Positions 1 through 14,000 of a DNA stretch of 64,000 nucleotides are shown here, one piece after another. Position 1 is the stretch's first letter; every line of letters starts with the position of its first letter. The notes beneath the pieces were generated by a model, which was given only the letters and a program-made list of their open reading frames with translations, ran no database searches and was not told the origin of the DNA. The stretch is from Amphiscolops sp. MND2022 (Eukaryota): contig OZ076409.1 in the NCBI GenBank assembly GCA_964187785.1, positions 19,220,001-19,284,000 on the forward strand. The letters run 5' to 3'. The translations under genes were made by a program, and so were the position numbers.

Positions 1-676
1 TGCGAGTGCGAAACTTCGTCCACGCTTAGTAGTTATATTTTCTTAAGTCCGAGAAGAATTAAAGGCGGTGTAAACTGGTAGTGATTAATTGTGCGCGATA
101 TAATTGATCAAGATATGCTTCTATTGTTGAACATGAAAGGTTAAAAGCAGAAATAATACTGTGCCACGCAGGGGACTATTTTAAATAGGAAAAAATTTTG
201 ACATCATGCCACTTGAATATTATTTACCATTCAAATTAGGTTTGTACATGAAACGTGGGCTCGTTGCTATTTGTATTCGTTTTTAAAAGACACGTTTCAT
301 TTTGTTGAATGCATTTTTGATTCAAGACCACTTATGCTAATGGATTGTTCCGAATTTTTTATGTACTTTTAGCCGGTGTGAGGTAATCTTCGCAATCTGT
401 TTTGGGTATCTCTTCATGAATAATGCATTTAATTTCCGCCACTCTGATACGTTCGGATTTACTGCATTAACCTTTTTTTCTCATTTCAACCAACCACTGA
501 TTGTGTCTTAGAAAAGACTTACTTTCATGCGGCTATGTATGAACGGCTTTTGGGCTGCCAAAAAATCGGTGCGTCACCAACTTTTTATTTCAACCTATGT
601 GTCCTTTAGTTCAATATATTCATCAGAACCATAGCTCCGAAGGAGCTCTGCAGATTACGTATACAAATGAACTAAA

Positions 677-684
677 TGACGTCA
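677..684. promoter_or_regulatory. CRE-like palindrome TGACGTCA upstream of atos
   Basis: Perfect 8-bp CRE consensus ~1.4 kb upstream of the first coding exon; function not demonstrable from sequence. Confidence 0.25.
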
Positions 685-1273
685 CTACACGTATGTTCGT
701 GGATGGCTCTTTAACCGTAATGTCATTTCAAATTTATTGAAGCACAGCGCTGCTGCTGCCATTTTTTCTTTCATTCTTTTCGAAGATACAATGTTACGTT
801 CTCAACCATATGCTCCCCGCGTTGTCATCGCTGAAAAATTTGTGGCGGTCGCTTTTTCTGGAGGTCGCTTGAAGTCGAATGTCGTAGAGACAGTCGTGGA
901 GTTGCTATATTGTTTGAATTGATACTTTTTATAGCGATAGTGACTCTACGTTCGCTGCTACCAATATTCCATCCATTACAATATCGGCTTTGAACGATCG
1001 TGGTCTATCGGCATGACAAGTAGGAAAGAGTAATTGGTATTTTATAATTGCTGACTCCTAAGACATGAGAGTTCGTGCTTTTGCATAACATTCAATATTC
1101 ATTGCTCAGATATGTTGCTTGGGTATTGACCTTTTCAATTTCTCCCTTTATTACTTGGCTTTCATCCCTAGTGCAAGTGTTCATATGACTCAAAAGAGAG
1201 TTGTTGCTCTCTTATCTAAAACTTGACTCGCTTCTCTTTCTGGTTGATTGACCTTTTCTCTTCTCTTCTTCAG

Positions 1274-1372
1274 AGTTATGATATAGCAACAGTTACTTGA
1301 CACACTGAACCTAGTTCAGAAAAGCAAACAGCTGCTGGATTGAAGCGGAAGCTGCCATTCACTGTCAGACAG
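1274..1372 (+). other. Possible 5' UTR exon of the atos gene
   Basis: Strong polypyrimidine tract plus CAG acceptor (cttttctcttctcttcttcag) and an AG|GTAGCT donor; stops in all three frames. Confidence 0.3.
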
Positions 1373-1633
1373 GTAGCTGAGTTTTCACTTTGAAAAGTCA
1401 ATTTGGAATCACCAATTTCAAAATCTCCAATTTGCTGCAAGGCTTTTGTTGTACATTTTTAGAAGTCGGAAAACATTTTCGACTGCTTATGCAATCGTGA
1501 CATTTTTGTTCCTACAACTGTTGAACAATACGGCTCAAGACAACTGAAAGTATTTCTGCAGATGAAATGATAACTCAATTTTGATTTTTCATGATAAATT
1601 GAAGGGATTTTTTCTTTTATGTTTTATATGTGG

Positions 1634-1882
1634 AAGTGTTTTGTCACCGCTAATCACCAAGTTAGCGGCCACGCAGTTTTTTTCAGCGATTTTAGCGATT
1701 CAAATTAGCGGGCAACCAATATATTGACCAAATTCGAAATTTCCTCAGAAAATACACGGAGTTTCGAATTCCAATTGTTACACATGTAAAACTCACATTG
1801 CTTGAGAAATTCTATTCCTTTTCCGCGAAAAGCAAATTTGAAACTAGCGATTAGCAAAAAAATCAGCGATGTCAAAACTCTG
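1634..1882. mobile_element. MITE-like TIR element rich in CGCTAA/TTAGCG motifs
   Basis: Ends agtgttttgtcaccgctaat ... cagcgatgtcaaaactctg are imperfect inverted repeats; the interior matches 6628-6957 in reverse complement. Confidence 0.65.
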
Positions 1883-2059
1883 ATGTAGAACCTTTTATTA
1901 CTTTGTTTTAAAATGAAGTAGAAATGTGGAGTGCCAATGAAGCGTTCAAAGATTGACTGGCGGCTAAATTGGTCGATTAGGTTTGTGAAAACTCTGATAG
2001 GTTGGCGCCTTTAGACCAGACGATAGTTGGTTGAGTGCAGCGCAGGTGCAGAAGGTACA

Positions 2060-5000
2060 ATGCGATTGAGCGAGAAGCCTCAAACTAGCAATGCTTATGT
2101 TTCTCACTCTCCTAAACAACCCCTGTTCACCAAACCCAACGCGGTGAATGCAGGGGCAACAACAGTACAAGCTACGTCTCAACAGTCAAAGGGAGCATGC
2201 TACTCCTCCAAACCCCCCACTCCTGAGGTATCTACATCCACGGCTGGAAGGTACATTCATGATGGGTCCACTGCAGCAGAGCTGCAAGGGTGCATACAGG
2301 GTTTGTAGCTTTTTTGTAAGCATTCAACCATTAACGATGTTTTAATCAAGCAATGTTGATTTTTCCTTGGTTTCATGCTTGAAATAGTGGGTGCTCTGTG
2401 CTAAATGATAAATTCTTAAAATCGTGTTTTCGCGATTTCGTATGTTTAATAGCAGGTTCTGATGATATGAAAACTTGACGCTGAGAACTCGTGTTTTTTT
2501 CTGGAATTCGTACTTGAGTTGGCCGCTTCAAGAAATGTCGCAGCTTCACATTTTAGATTAATTTAAAGATTGAAATTCATTTGCTTTCCTCGAATCCGAT
2601 ATGGGTAAAACCAGACGCAAAAATAACCGGAAACAGATTCCTGGTAAAACTCGTATTAGTAGAATAGTTATTTCAATTGGGTCGATCAAGCATAGTTACA
2701 AAAAAAATTAATTGTAATTTAAATACCCAATAAGGACGGGAAATGAGCATAGTTCGCCCTTAAGAACCAAGTTAGGCACAATTTTAAGTTTTATTGGTAG
2801 ATATTCATCAAGGTATTTCTTTTAATAATACATTGAAAAAAGATATCTATTGTCATCGACGAAGTTGGACTGTTTAGCGACTGCTGGTTTTGTTGGCGGG
2901 GCTGAAGGGGAAGGGGAAGGCGGAAGTGTGGATGACGTGTTGAAGAATGCGGCCCTGATGGTGTGTCAGTCGAGACAGCCGGACGTGGCCTCTTCTGTCG
3001 GCTACTCAGATGGCATCCACTCACCCCTCAACAAACAAAAGGCACACCACGTCTGTTCCCAAACTGACCATGAAGTAAGTATATTCTATTAAACTCGACA
3101 GTGATTTCGTCCTCAAATGAGGACAGCGATTTTTATCGACAATCTATTGGACTAACTGAATTGTTTTTGTGTAAATATACTTTTTTCCGAGCCACTGGCG
3201 AAAAAGTAACAGGAAAAAAGTTGAAATTTGCAAAAAAAATACATTTCAAAAATTTTGCTTCTTAACTGTTTGCTACTGTCCCACTCTAGTAATAGGTCAC
3301 CGTTGAAAATCCATATAGAAGTTTTTAAAATTAAGCTACAGCTATGAGTACGATCGGCATTTGAAAGGTCGGGCGATGGCGGGCTTGCGTCGGCGGGGTG
3401 GCACTCACCCCAACCAGTTGCGCCACCTCCCAGCCTAACTAGTGTAAATTTGAAAGCTTAAGTAAAGGACTTTCAGGAACATTAAACCGATTTGAGTTGC
3501 GGCTATTACTTGTGGAGAAATGAAGCTTTGAAAAAATGAAGCAAAACTGTCAATTTTTCAACTCGGTGTACTGTCGAGGTTAAAGTACAATACGTTCATT
3601 GAAGTACAATGATATATCTCATTGTACACCTCAACGATTTGACAACCGGGTTTTAATCAGAAGGAGGAGTATAGGTCACAGCAGCTCACCCTAAGTGTGT
3701 AAAGATCTTTGTGATATTAACCTAGCCTAGATAATTAACTGTAAAATTTTTTGGTTTCTTTTAGATGTTTTCAATTTTAATGTTTTCCATCATCATGGTT
3801 ACGCGGTCTTAGCGTAGATTTTGTTGTTTCAATGATCCCCTTTTTTAGTTAGCGCTTCATGAAGTGAAACGCGACTATTATAGTGGCTTTTCTTTTTTTT
3901 TCAATCCACACGAACTGACCAAAATAGTTCTTAAAAGTTCTACAAAATATTATTGCACCAAATTGCACTATTTGGTCTAGCGAACTGAACCAAAAAGGTT
4001 TTTCCTGTTTTCCCGCGTACCATACCATACCCGGGGAGACCAAAGGGTCCCCCCTTTCAATTTTTTTCTGTTTTGCGACAGAATGGATGTTGGAAAATCC
4101 CAAAGGGTCCCCCCTTTCAGTTTTTTTCGGCACTGTGAGATTTTTTTCCGAAAATAAAAATTTTTCTTTTTTCAATTTTTTGATGTTTTGCGACAAAACC
4201 CCTTCAACTGCTACAAAAATGTTGACAATTTCGGAAGTGTCCCCCTTTCAGCGCGCCAGATGCTCGCGCTAGCGGGCCCCGGCGCGCCACTCGGTCCATT
4301 TTTTGAGTATGTAATTTTTTCGTAAAATTTTCGATTTTCGAGTACTGTAAAAGAGAATACTGGACACTTGGAAGTCTTTTTGCTATTTTTGAGCCTTGGA
4401 TATGGCGCCGACTTGGGCCGGTCCCGGCTTGTTAGAACTGATGATGGCATTGATTATCGAAATCGTTTTTCATTGACCCTGTTTTTAGTCGGCGCTTTAT
4501 CCTTTTAAGGAAAAATGCCCGACTATAGCAGTGACCTTTTTTTTTCTTCAGCCTCACACTGAAAGGTCCACTTTTCTTACAATTCTTACAATCTTGAAAT
4601 CTTACAATTCTTACTTAGCAAATTTAAAATACTGGCGCAAAAGCTTGCGAAGTAGTATTTTTACATCATCTAAGAAACTCAACGGGACCAAAGGTACGCC
4701 CTCCTTACAGTATTTTCGGCTCTGTGAGACTTTTTTTTCCGAAAAAATTTTTAATGTCTCAAAAGGGTCCCCCCCTTCGAGTTTTCTCAAATTTTCTTTT
4801 TTTTCATCAGACTACAATCTCACTCTGATTGGTCCACTTTTCTTACAACTAAAACTACTAAGGCCGTAAGGCCAAGTCCGGACAGCGGAAATTAGTGCAA
4901 AGGGTCCCCCCTTTCATTTTTTAATTTTTTAACGTAACCTACAAAGCCGGACGAGACTAAAGCCCCCCTTCGATTTTTTTCGGCGTTGTGCGACTTTTTT

Positions 5001-8000
5001 CGAAAGAAAAAATTTTTCGAAAACTTCGAAAAAAAATTTTTCCAAAAAATGTTTTGCGCTTTTTGAGCCTTAGATATAGCGCCGACTTTAGACATTCTCG
5101 TCTTGTTCTCAATACTCATTGATTTTGTCCCGGTTGCGAAAATTCTTCATAGACAAATGTTTTTCTGACTGTTTTCAACGATAGTTTCAGTGGAAAAAGC
5201 TTTTGTTTAGAGGAATAGTCGGTGTTGAGTGCGCTTCTTTCGTTGTCACCAGTTTTTGACGCCTGGCTTGAAAAAGTCTTGGTTGAAATTCATTCCGCAT
5301 TTCTTTACATTCTATAGGTGTAGCTTGCTCATACACTTAAGAATTCGCGTTGAAGTTAAGGGGACATGTTTCATTGTTAAAACCTGGATTGATGCATTAA
5401 TACAATTGCTTAGAATTTATGGGAATGCTTGTGTAGACAGGGCTCAAGCTTGTTTCCGATGAGTCCACTTGATTTATATAATAACAATTCGTTTTTTTTG
5501 TGATAAAAATACATATATAAATTTGCTTTTGATGTTTTCTAGTGTCAGACAAACCGGGACAGGTTGAAAGTGATAGACGCCGTGAACAGTCTCAACAGTC
5601 CGCTGGTGGTCGAGATCTGGCTCTATGCCGACTACCCATCCTTCGAGAGCAGCAAAAGTGGAGGCCAACTTGAACTCATCCAAAGGACCGATTCCGAAGA
5701 AGCCGCCGACCCAGTGCTCATTGAAGTGTGGACGTTCCAGAAAATATTAAAGAGGTTCGTTGTGCAAGCTTGAACTTCTAATGAACCAAGCTCAAAATGT
5801 TCAACTTGATATCCAGCGGGAGCTTTCCCATTTTTGGGTAATCTATGCAGTCTGAGTATCTAAGTTTTTGGGTTGGTTTCCTATCATCTTGTTATACCCT
5901 TGGTAGGTAATGAGTTATTTAGTTGTATTGAAGTCTGATGATTCTTTCAAAAATAAGGACCGCGCGTTCTGAAACCGGGGTTTGGTGTAGAGGAAAATAT
6001 TTTGTGCCCTTATTACATGAAGGGCGTGTCAGTGAAAAGAGTTTGGGTGTCATTACGCTAAAAGCAGCGCCTCCTTACAGTGTATATAACGGTCCTATAA
6101 AATAAATTTGGCTAATATCGGTAAGTGGAGGGTAATTTATAAATTAGGACAATGTGTCTCAAATTTTATCGGTCGTCCGAAATTATTTGGTTTCATGGGA
6201 AGCACCCGAGCGATTGTCAGATTTATGACAGCGCTCCCTAGTTAACTATAACACTGATAGATGACTCTACGATTGCTTGTTGGCGTCATGTCTAAATGCT
6301 TTGAAATTTTCAGTTGGTATCTAACAAGAAGCGATATCTAATGACAGACAAGTGGAGTGTTATTTACCACCATTTGGTGTGAGTTCGATTGGTTTACGTC
6401 TTGTGTGTTGTTGCTGTAGACAATCCTCGGACCCGGCGCACTTTGTGGATGCGAACTCTCTCTACCAGGCAATCAGATCCCATCTCTCCTTCTCCCAGCT
6501 GGCGTCCTGGCTGGTCAAGAGCAACGGCAAGTCGCCTCGAAATGTACAATACAAGTTAGTCACTTTACCTTACTACTCATCGAATGCCGTAACGAATTCG
6601 TGGTCCCTTCTCTTACAGTATTCCCAGCAGAGTTTTCACATCGCTAATTTTTTCGTTAATCGCTAAACCGCTAATTTCAAAGTCGCTATTTCGCTGAAAA
6701 ACTTATTCTTCGAACAATTAAATGTTTGAATTCAATTTATATAAACGATATCTTGAATTAATTTTTGCAAGAAAAAATTATACTGTATTATACAACAGAT
6801 GAGTTGGAATTTTTCGAAATTCATTTTGAAACTCCGTGTATTTTCCGAGGAAATTTTGAATTTGGTCAATCTATCAGTTGCCGCTAATTTGAATCGCTGA
6901 AAAATTCGGCGCAGACGCTAATTCGCTAAATCGCTGATTAGCGGTGTCAAAACCCAGTGCAGGTCAGGTTTTCAGATATGCAGAATTTTCAATATAACTT
7001 CCTAGGCTCGTTGCATTAGATTTGGCTGATTTCGTACTCACTGCAGAATTCCGTCAGAAGCGTTTATGTCATTGCGAAAAGCATCAATTTTTGATTCAAA
7101 AATTCGTGAATACTTCAATATCCAGCTTTGCCCGTCCAAACAGCTGAAAAACTTTTCTTGATTTTGATGTTTTACTTTTCTTTTGCCATCATTGCCGTTA
7201 TGTCACTTCAGTTTCATTCCTGTCATCATTCCTCCTTTTTTCTTCAGGTTGTGCCCAGGTGGTGACATTCTGTCGCCCAGTTCCAAACTGCCTCTGCAAT
7301 GCTTCGACTTCCACAAGTTTCCTCACTGCTACCCGGACAGGGGCTCCAATTACTTTGTGTCGACCGAAGTTCGTTTCCTCAAGAGAGACGTTCATCCAAA
7401 GAGTTCTCCCAGCGATTTGCGGGATCTTCTCTCCAGAGAAGGAAACTCAAGTAGTCCCGAGGCGGTGAAGCCTCTTTACAAAATTGGCGATATCAGGAAG
7501 GGGTCTGACATTGTGTGTGGGGTGTTACCAGAACGGGATGACTCTCAGTCACCTTGTAACCGCAAAAATGCAGGTCAGTTTGAGCATTTAATGCTAAGTA
7601 CAGGCCTCGTCACTTAATAGAAAGCGAAAATGGAGAAAATCAATCCGAAGCAGGGTTCTGACTTTGCTGAACCGCCAGTTTCGCAACCACTAAATCGCTA
7701 ATCAGGTAGAATATGTTTTGCTGGTTGACAGCTACAAAATAGAAACACTTTTCAAAGGGCAGAGACCAGACTGACTGCCAAAAAGCATGCGGTTGTTTAT
7801 GAATAGAGCCAAAAAAAACTTCGTATACCAATTTTTCAACGGTTCCAGGGTACTTGTACCAAAGTCGAATGGTTTCTGTAGATCTCTTTGTGTATGCCAC
7901 AGTTTTCCCGAAACAGTGTGTATGGGGCGATTGTTCTGCGTACTCTTATTAAAAAATTCCTGATAAAATAGTTACCGCTAAATCAATTCGATAACGAAAC

Positions 8001-11000
8001 TTTACCGCTTCGCTTATTATCGGTGTCACAACTCTGCTCGGAAGCCATCGATGATCGTATGCCATTTGACTGGTTCGTTTGCAAATGACTGGTATTGTCA
8101 GATTTCATCAAAATTCTGATCGCTGACGTTTCTCAAGTTATTGTTGAAATTTTTCAAATATGAGGCACCCTCTCCAAATTATCGAATTTTTCAGTTATGG
8201 TCGTTAAAGAGACCGATGACTCATGTATTTCTTAAGTAGATTCATTCCCAAGACATGCGTATATTGGCTCAGGATGGTCACGGTGCCATGGAGGTCATGG
8301 ACAGTAATCGGGTGTCATGGAGAATTTTGCTGTGTCACGGAGGGCTTTGATGATTCAAAATGAATCTGTTTAAGATTGAGATGCGCGCCAAAAAGGGCAT
8401 TTGTGTATTTAATAGAGATTGGCTAATCCAGGCTTTATTTTCAGGCGGACCACTTTTCACAGACGGGAGCGAAGGGTCAGACTACGACTCCGGGACGCTG
8501 CAGTCGAGGAAGAAGACACGTGGCCATCACAAGGAGAGACAGAAGGACGAGAGAAGTCCCCGACAGAAGCTGTATTGCAAGTTGATGCACTCTCTGGGAC
8601 ATGCGGACAGAAAAACGGAGGACGAAGATAACTCTGATTCGTCAGACTGTCTCGCCGAAACCATGGTCTTCAAGGTTGGTCTAGTCTCACTATCATTCAG
8701 GATAATCAATATATTGTAATTCTGAATATAATTAAATATTTAGCAATCACTACAAGACGAAAAACTAATACAAAATGATCATTTCCGCCTTGCTATATTT
8801 TGACGACATTCACGCCAAAAATCGTTCGAAATAGCCGTATGAAAAGTTTGTTTAAATTAAAAATTTTTATGAATAAAAACCTAATAAGTAGCTTAGTCTT
8901 AAAGTATTTCAGCATCGAATCTTTGGAAATTTGTTCAACACTTGTTTAAAACTTCAAAATTTGCACAACATTCAATATAGACTTTTCATATTTTATCATA
9001 GTTTCTAGTTATCTCCCTAAATAGATATGCTATTTTTAGTCGGCGTCTTTTCCCTTAAGGAAAAAAGCCCGACTATTACAGTGGGTAGATTTTCAGTTGA
9101 CAATCTCACTCTGAATGGTCCACTTTTCTTACAATTCTTACAATCTTACAATTCTTAGCAAATTTATAAAAAATGGCGCAAAAGCTAACGAAGTAGTATT
9201 TTTACATCATCTAAGAAACTCAACGGGACCAAAGGGTACTCCCTTAGAGTATTTTCGGCTCTAAGACTTTTTTTTCGAAAAAAATTTTCCCCAAAGGGTC
9301 CCCTCTTCAATTTTTTGGAGTTTTCCGAACAGAACAGATGTTGAAAAATCCCAAATGGTCCCCTTTCAGTTTTTTCGGCATTGAGACTTTTTTTCGAAAT
9401 TTTTTTTCACCAAAAGGGGCCTTCAATTTTTTTGATGATTTGCCACAGAATGGATGAAAAATCTCAAAGTGTCCCCTTTGGTGTGCCAATTCGGTTGGAC
9501 TTTAGGGTTTTTCGGGTGCTGTAGAAGAGAATACTTTGACATTTTGAAGTCCTTTTGCTATTTTTGAGCATTAGATATGGCGCCGACTTGGGCCGTTCCC
9601 GGCTTGTTTGTTGCTGAATTCTGGGTAAAAACTTGGCTCTTTTCTGTTTCACCCCCCCCCACCACTAACTTTTTTTTACCGAAAATCGAATAACAAAAAG
9701 ACTTGAACACAAACCAGAAAGCTTCAAATTTACATTTGTTCTTAGTGTGACAGTTTAGGATTCAGATACAAACTTTGTTCACACTTTTTCAATATGTAGT
9801 CACGAATTTTTGATGAAGAAATCAACAGCTTCCTGTTTTGAGTCATCAATAAACACTGAATCCGAACATAATTATAGTCAAAAAGCGTGAACAGTTTTGT
9901 TCAAGCAAAAAACTATTCCCATAAACGTTAACTTACCATTATGAAAGAAGGTTTTACTTTTAATGAGGCTAGTCTAAAGTTTTTAAGGAAATTTACTTCC
10001 AAAAATTTTGGTGGTGGGGGGGAAACAGAAAAGAGCCAAAAACTGTATTTTTTGAATGAAAAACAAAATGGAAAATGAGTATGACAAATTTGGAAAAACA
10101 CCAGCTGAGAGATAAGCTTTTCTTTCATATATGAAATACGGGCGGAAAATAATATCTCAGTTTTTTTGTCAGAATGAGAACATACATTCATTTTAAAACT
10201 GCATAATTAAGATCTAGTCTTCCGAAGGTACTTTGATGCGTGAAAGTAGCAGTATCTACTTTGCCAAAACAGTAGTTCAGTTCCAATCGTAATTGATGTG
10301 ATATCTAAATTAAAAGGTACTGTTATTGCTAACACCAACTTCACAAAAACAATGAAACTATTTTCATATTGTTTCATTTGAATTCTTTTTTGATTTTAGA
10401 AGAGTTTCGTAGTTCTCTTGTCAAATTAAAATGTTTAATGAACGTGCTGTGTTTCAGAACTCCATATTCGAATCATCATCAGACAAGTGCTGCAAGAAGG
10501 AGGACAATAAGTTGATCATCTCCAGAATGACTGATCTCAGCGACAGGTAGGGGTACGCTTTGAAATCAATGATAGCCCATGAATAATTTGAATTCTTTTT
10601 GTGGCCCGAGGGCGTACAAACAGTAACTTAAATGTTAACATCACGATCAATGTTAGAGCACCAAGTGATAATATAATGCAAAAATACAGCAAGATTTTTC
10701 AAAAAATGTTTATCACTTAATTTCATCAGCTGGTCATACTTGATGTTAGGAAAAGTATAGTAATATTTAGGCAGCAGCTCTTTCCGCTATTCGTTGAAAG
10801 TCTTACATTTCTGTGACAACTGATACTCCCATTACTTAATACGGGAAATGACGCCGTGAATAAAATTGAAGCGAGATTTTGAAATTTCAAGTTTGAAGTT
10901 TCAACTGAAGTATTTTTACGAATTTACTTGACAAAAAAGTCAACTTCTATCACTAGACTTTAAAAAAGAAAATTTCATTGAGTCCCAATTTTGTTTGCCA

Positions 11001-14000
11001 ACATTGATTGACTTTCAAGAACTTGAGTAAATTTCTACATATTTAGACCAACGGATTTTATATTGTACAGCTGTCGAAATTTCGATGGCATTCAATAATG
11101 TTTCAGTGGCGAAAGTTTAGTGGATGTCTCGAAGACTATGGATGAATATCTTTCGTCGCAATTTGTCCCGGCGGCCAATTCTGACGTGAACTTTGCTCTG
11201 AGTCATCAACTACCGTCAGTGCTGGCTCAGAAATCGAGTGCCCACTCAGCAGCCACTGAACAAAGTGTCAGAAGGAAGTTATTCACTGTAGGCGGATCCG
11301 GCACTTTTTCTAATGGTGGGTGCATTAACTTATTCGATGGTACTTTCTTATGAGGCCCTATGTGCTGTTTTCAATGCTGAAACGTGTGCCTGATACCTGC
11401 AATTCCTAGTAGACACTAACAAGCCGAGAACAGCTCAAAGTCGGCGCAAACGAATGAACAAATATTGAATTCGACCGCCCAATCCGTTTAGTTGTATTAG
11501 TGTGTCTTGACGAAAAAAATTACTGACTAATAGTCTGGTGATTTGAGTGGTAACTAAAAACGCGGACTAAAAATATGTTATTGCACAATCTTCCGTTTGA
11601 GATTTTGCAGTTTTTTTACTGAAAGCTTTCAGAGAAAGGTAGCGTACTCATTTGCGTTTTAATCATCAATCATACTCAAATTTAGTAATACTCAGAGCAT
11701 GGAAAGCGGTAGCGAGAAGCGACTGAAGTACTTATTGCTTTTTGAACCTTCAACGGGGCATTGACTTATACCGTTCCCTGGTTGTTCTTCCCTGGCCACT
11801 ACTCGCAATCTTTTACAGCTTTGATTTTACTGCTTCTGTTGGTAGTTTACCAAATTAATATATAATGTCATTTAGTATGAAAAACTTGAGCTTTACATGT
11901 ATGTATAAAAATTTGAAAGTTGATCTTAATCTTATATTAATTCGAAATAAGTTCGACTCGATTTTGCTCCTAGAAAGCGAGAAGGATTTAATTCAAGTTG
12001 TTTGTTCAATTCAGAAACTTACCGAGACGACGAAGAATGTTCAACTTCTGGGAGCAGTTCTTGGCATGTTGGCGTGGACACAGTCGACATAGACTCAGTG
12101 TTCTTAGACGGAGTTCTCACTCATGACGCAACCAATAGATGTCTCCCGGAGAGGGAAAGAACGAAGGAATACAGCCTGGACGGCAAAAGTGATGATGACG
12201 TAGATGGTGCTGGGAATGGGGCGATGGATATGGTGACTCATTTTGGTGCTTTACTCACATCTCAGCCACGCACTAGTGACGACTGCTCCTCAGTCGCTAC
12301 TACAGGGCTCAATATTGGTGCTACTAGCTGCTCGAACTCTACTTCCAAGTTCTCTGCCGCTGACCAAAGACTAAACAACTTCACTAGTGAATCCTTCTCC
12401 GCCTTCGCCTCAAACAGTCAGCCTCAACCAACATTTCCGTCGACCTCTTTCTCAAAATTGTAAGCATTGCTAGGGTTATCGTAAGGCTCACTGAAGAGAA
12501 AATTATTCTAAGCTTAAAGAATGCAAAGGGGGTTATGAAGAGAAAATTTTCTTTTTTACTTACGTAACATCACTGATATATTATCTTGGCCATGTCGTTT
12601 TTCTCATTTGTGGAATTCTTTTAACTTTTTTCTTCAAATGTCTTAATGTAATTGAAGATTTGAACTCGAACATAACCGTGGGCTTTTTTAAACAGCTAAA
12701 ACTTAAGGGCTTTCTAATCACTCAAATTTTCACTCACATTCCTTCACACATTAGCATACCGAACATTTTATTCTGTTTGAGGAATTTGACCATGTGTCTG
12801 ATTGTAGGAATCAGTCACAATGGAAGAGAAAGGATCAGCTGGCACGTGAAACCAACAAGCGTTCAGAGCGCGAGTTTTCTCCTTCGCTCAACGGGTTCTT
12901 GGGTTCGAACAAGTCTCTGGACCTTCATTTGGGCCCACAGCCTTTTGGAAGCGGCACCGGCGGCAGCAGCTCCTCGGAGGTATCACCTGTGCCTATCTGG
13001 TCGCCCTCTGACGGAGTGGGTGTGGATCCTTACAGAAGTCTCAGCAATCTCCTCTGTGGATTCGAGCATATCGCTCAGTCAGCACCTCAAGTAAGGATGC
13101 CCAAAAACTCCTCAGCTTTGATTAAAATCTTTCGGGACGCCAAATCAAAAGGCAAGTTATATTTTGATCTCTCATTAGTCCATTTTTCTCCTTATTAAAA
13201 ATTTGCTCCGGAGTTTAAATATTTTAGGTTTTACGTGTCGGAAGTTGTTAGTCCGGTTGGGGTTTCGACAAAAAAGTTACTAAATGAATTTAGTTCTGCA
13301 CATTTTGATATCTCGATGCGGCGTTTTTATAGCCGAAGATTGAGCACTTGAAGTTGATGGGCTCGTCACACAGTGCGGGTAACAGTCACTCGGAGGGTGC
13401 TAGTGTGACTGACCCCGTGTGCAAGAAGAAACCCGGGACGACGGTAGACTCGGAGCTGGAACCTGTCATTGTTAAGCGAGCCCTATCCTACTCCAGTAAC
13501 AATGGGATGTGCTTCAATGCCAACACTGGATTGCCACTATCTAGTAGTCCGGTGAGTCACCTTCAAACTCTCATTGCAAGGAAGTCTATCTGTTGTAGTG
13601 AACTTGGTTCGTGAGAATGTTTGCATTCTGTGCTGTTCTGTTAGAGTCGTGATTGTTCTGTTTTTAGATTGCGTTCAGACGAATGAGTAAATCAGTATCG
13701 TTCCACAGTAAAGATGCACTGAGTGGGCTCATAGATTCTTCGTTAGTTATTCTTTCGTCAAACTTTTTATTCAATTAGTTTCTTCTAAAGGATTCCTCCT
13801 GAACGTTAACTAAATGAATCACTTCTAATTTCAAATATTTTTCTTACTGAATAGTTGAATTTTCGAAAATAATTGTGCATCAAATTTCAGAATTTAGCAT
13901 CTTCAGTATTTTCCGGAAAGCCACATGTGTATTCACCATGTACAAGTTGAATTACTGAGCTGAAATTGAAATATCTGTTTTTGAACAGAAATTACAATGT

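Noticed and set aside
4251-4290. Vector polylinker contamination (NheI, ApaI, AscI sites)
   Set aside because: The sites arise from a self-complementary GC hairpin embedded seamlessly in a genomic repeat; no vector backbone nearby.
3849-5119. ORFs such as TSRDRPKSAPY, KGDPL and SAISKAQKAQ (also 9307-9652, 14834-15134, 55838-56229)
   Set aside because: Chance translations of the non-coding HINE-like repeat.
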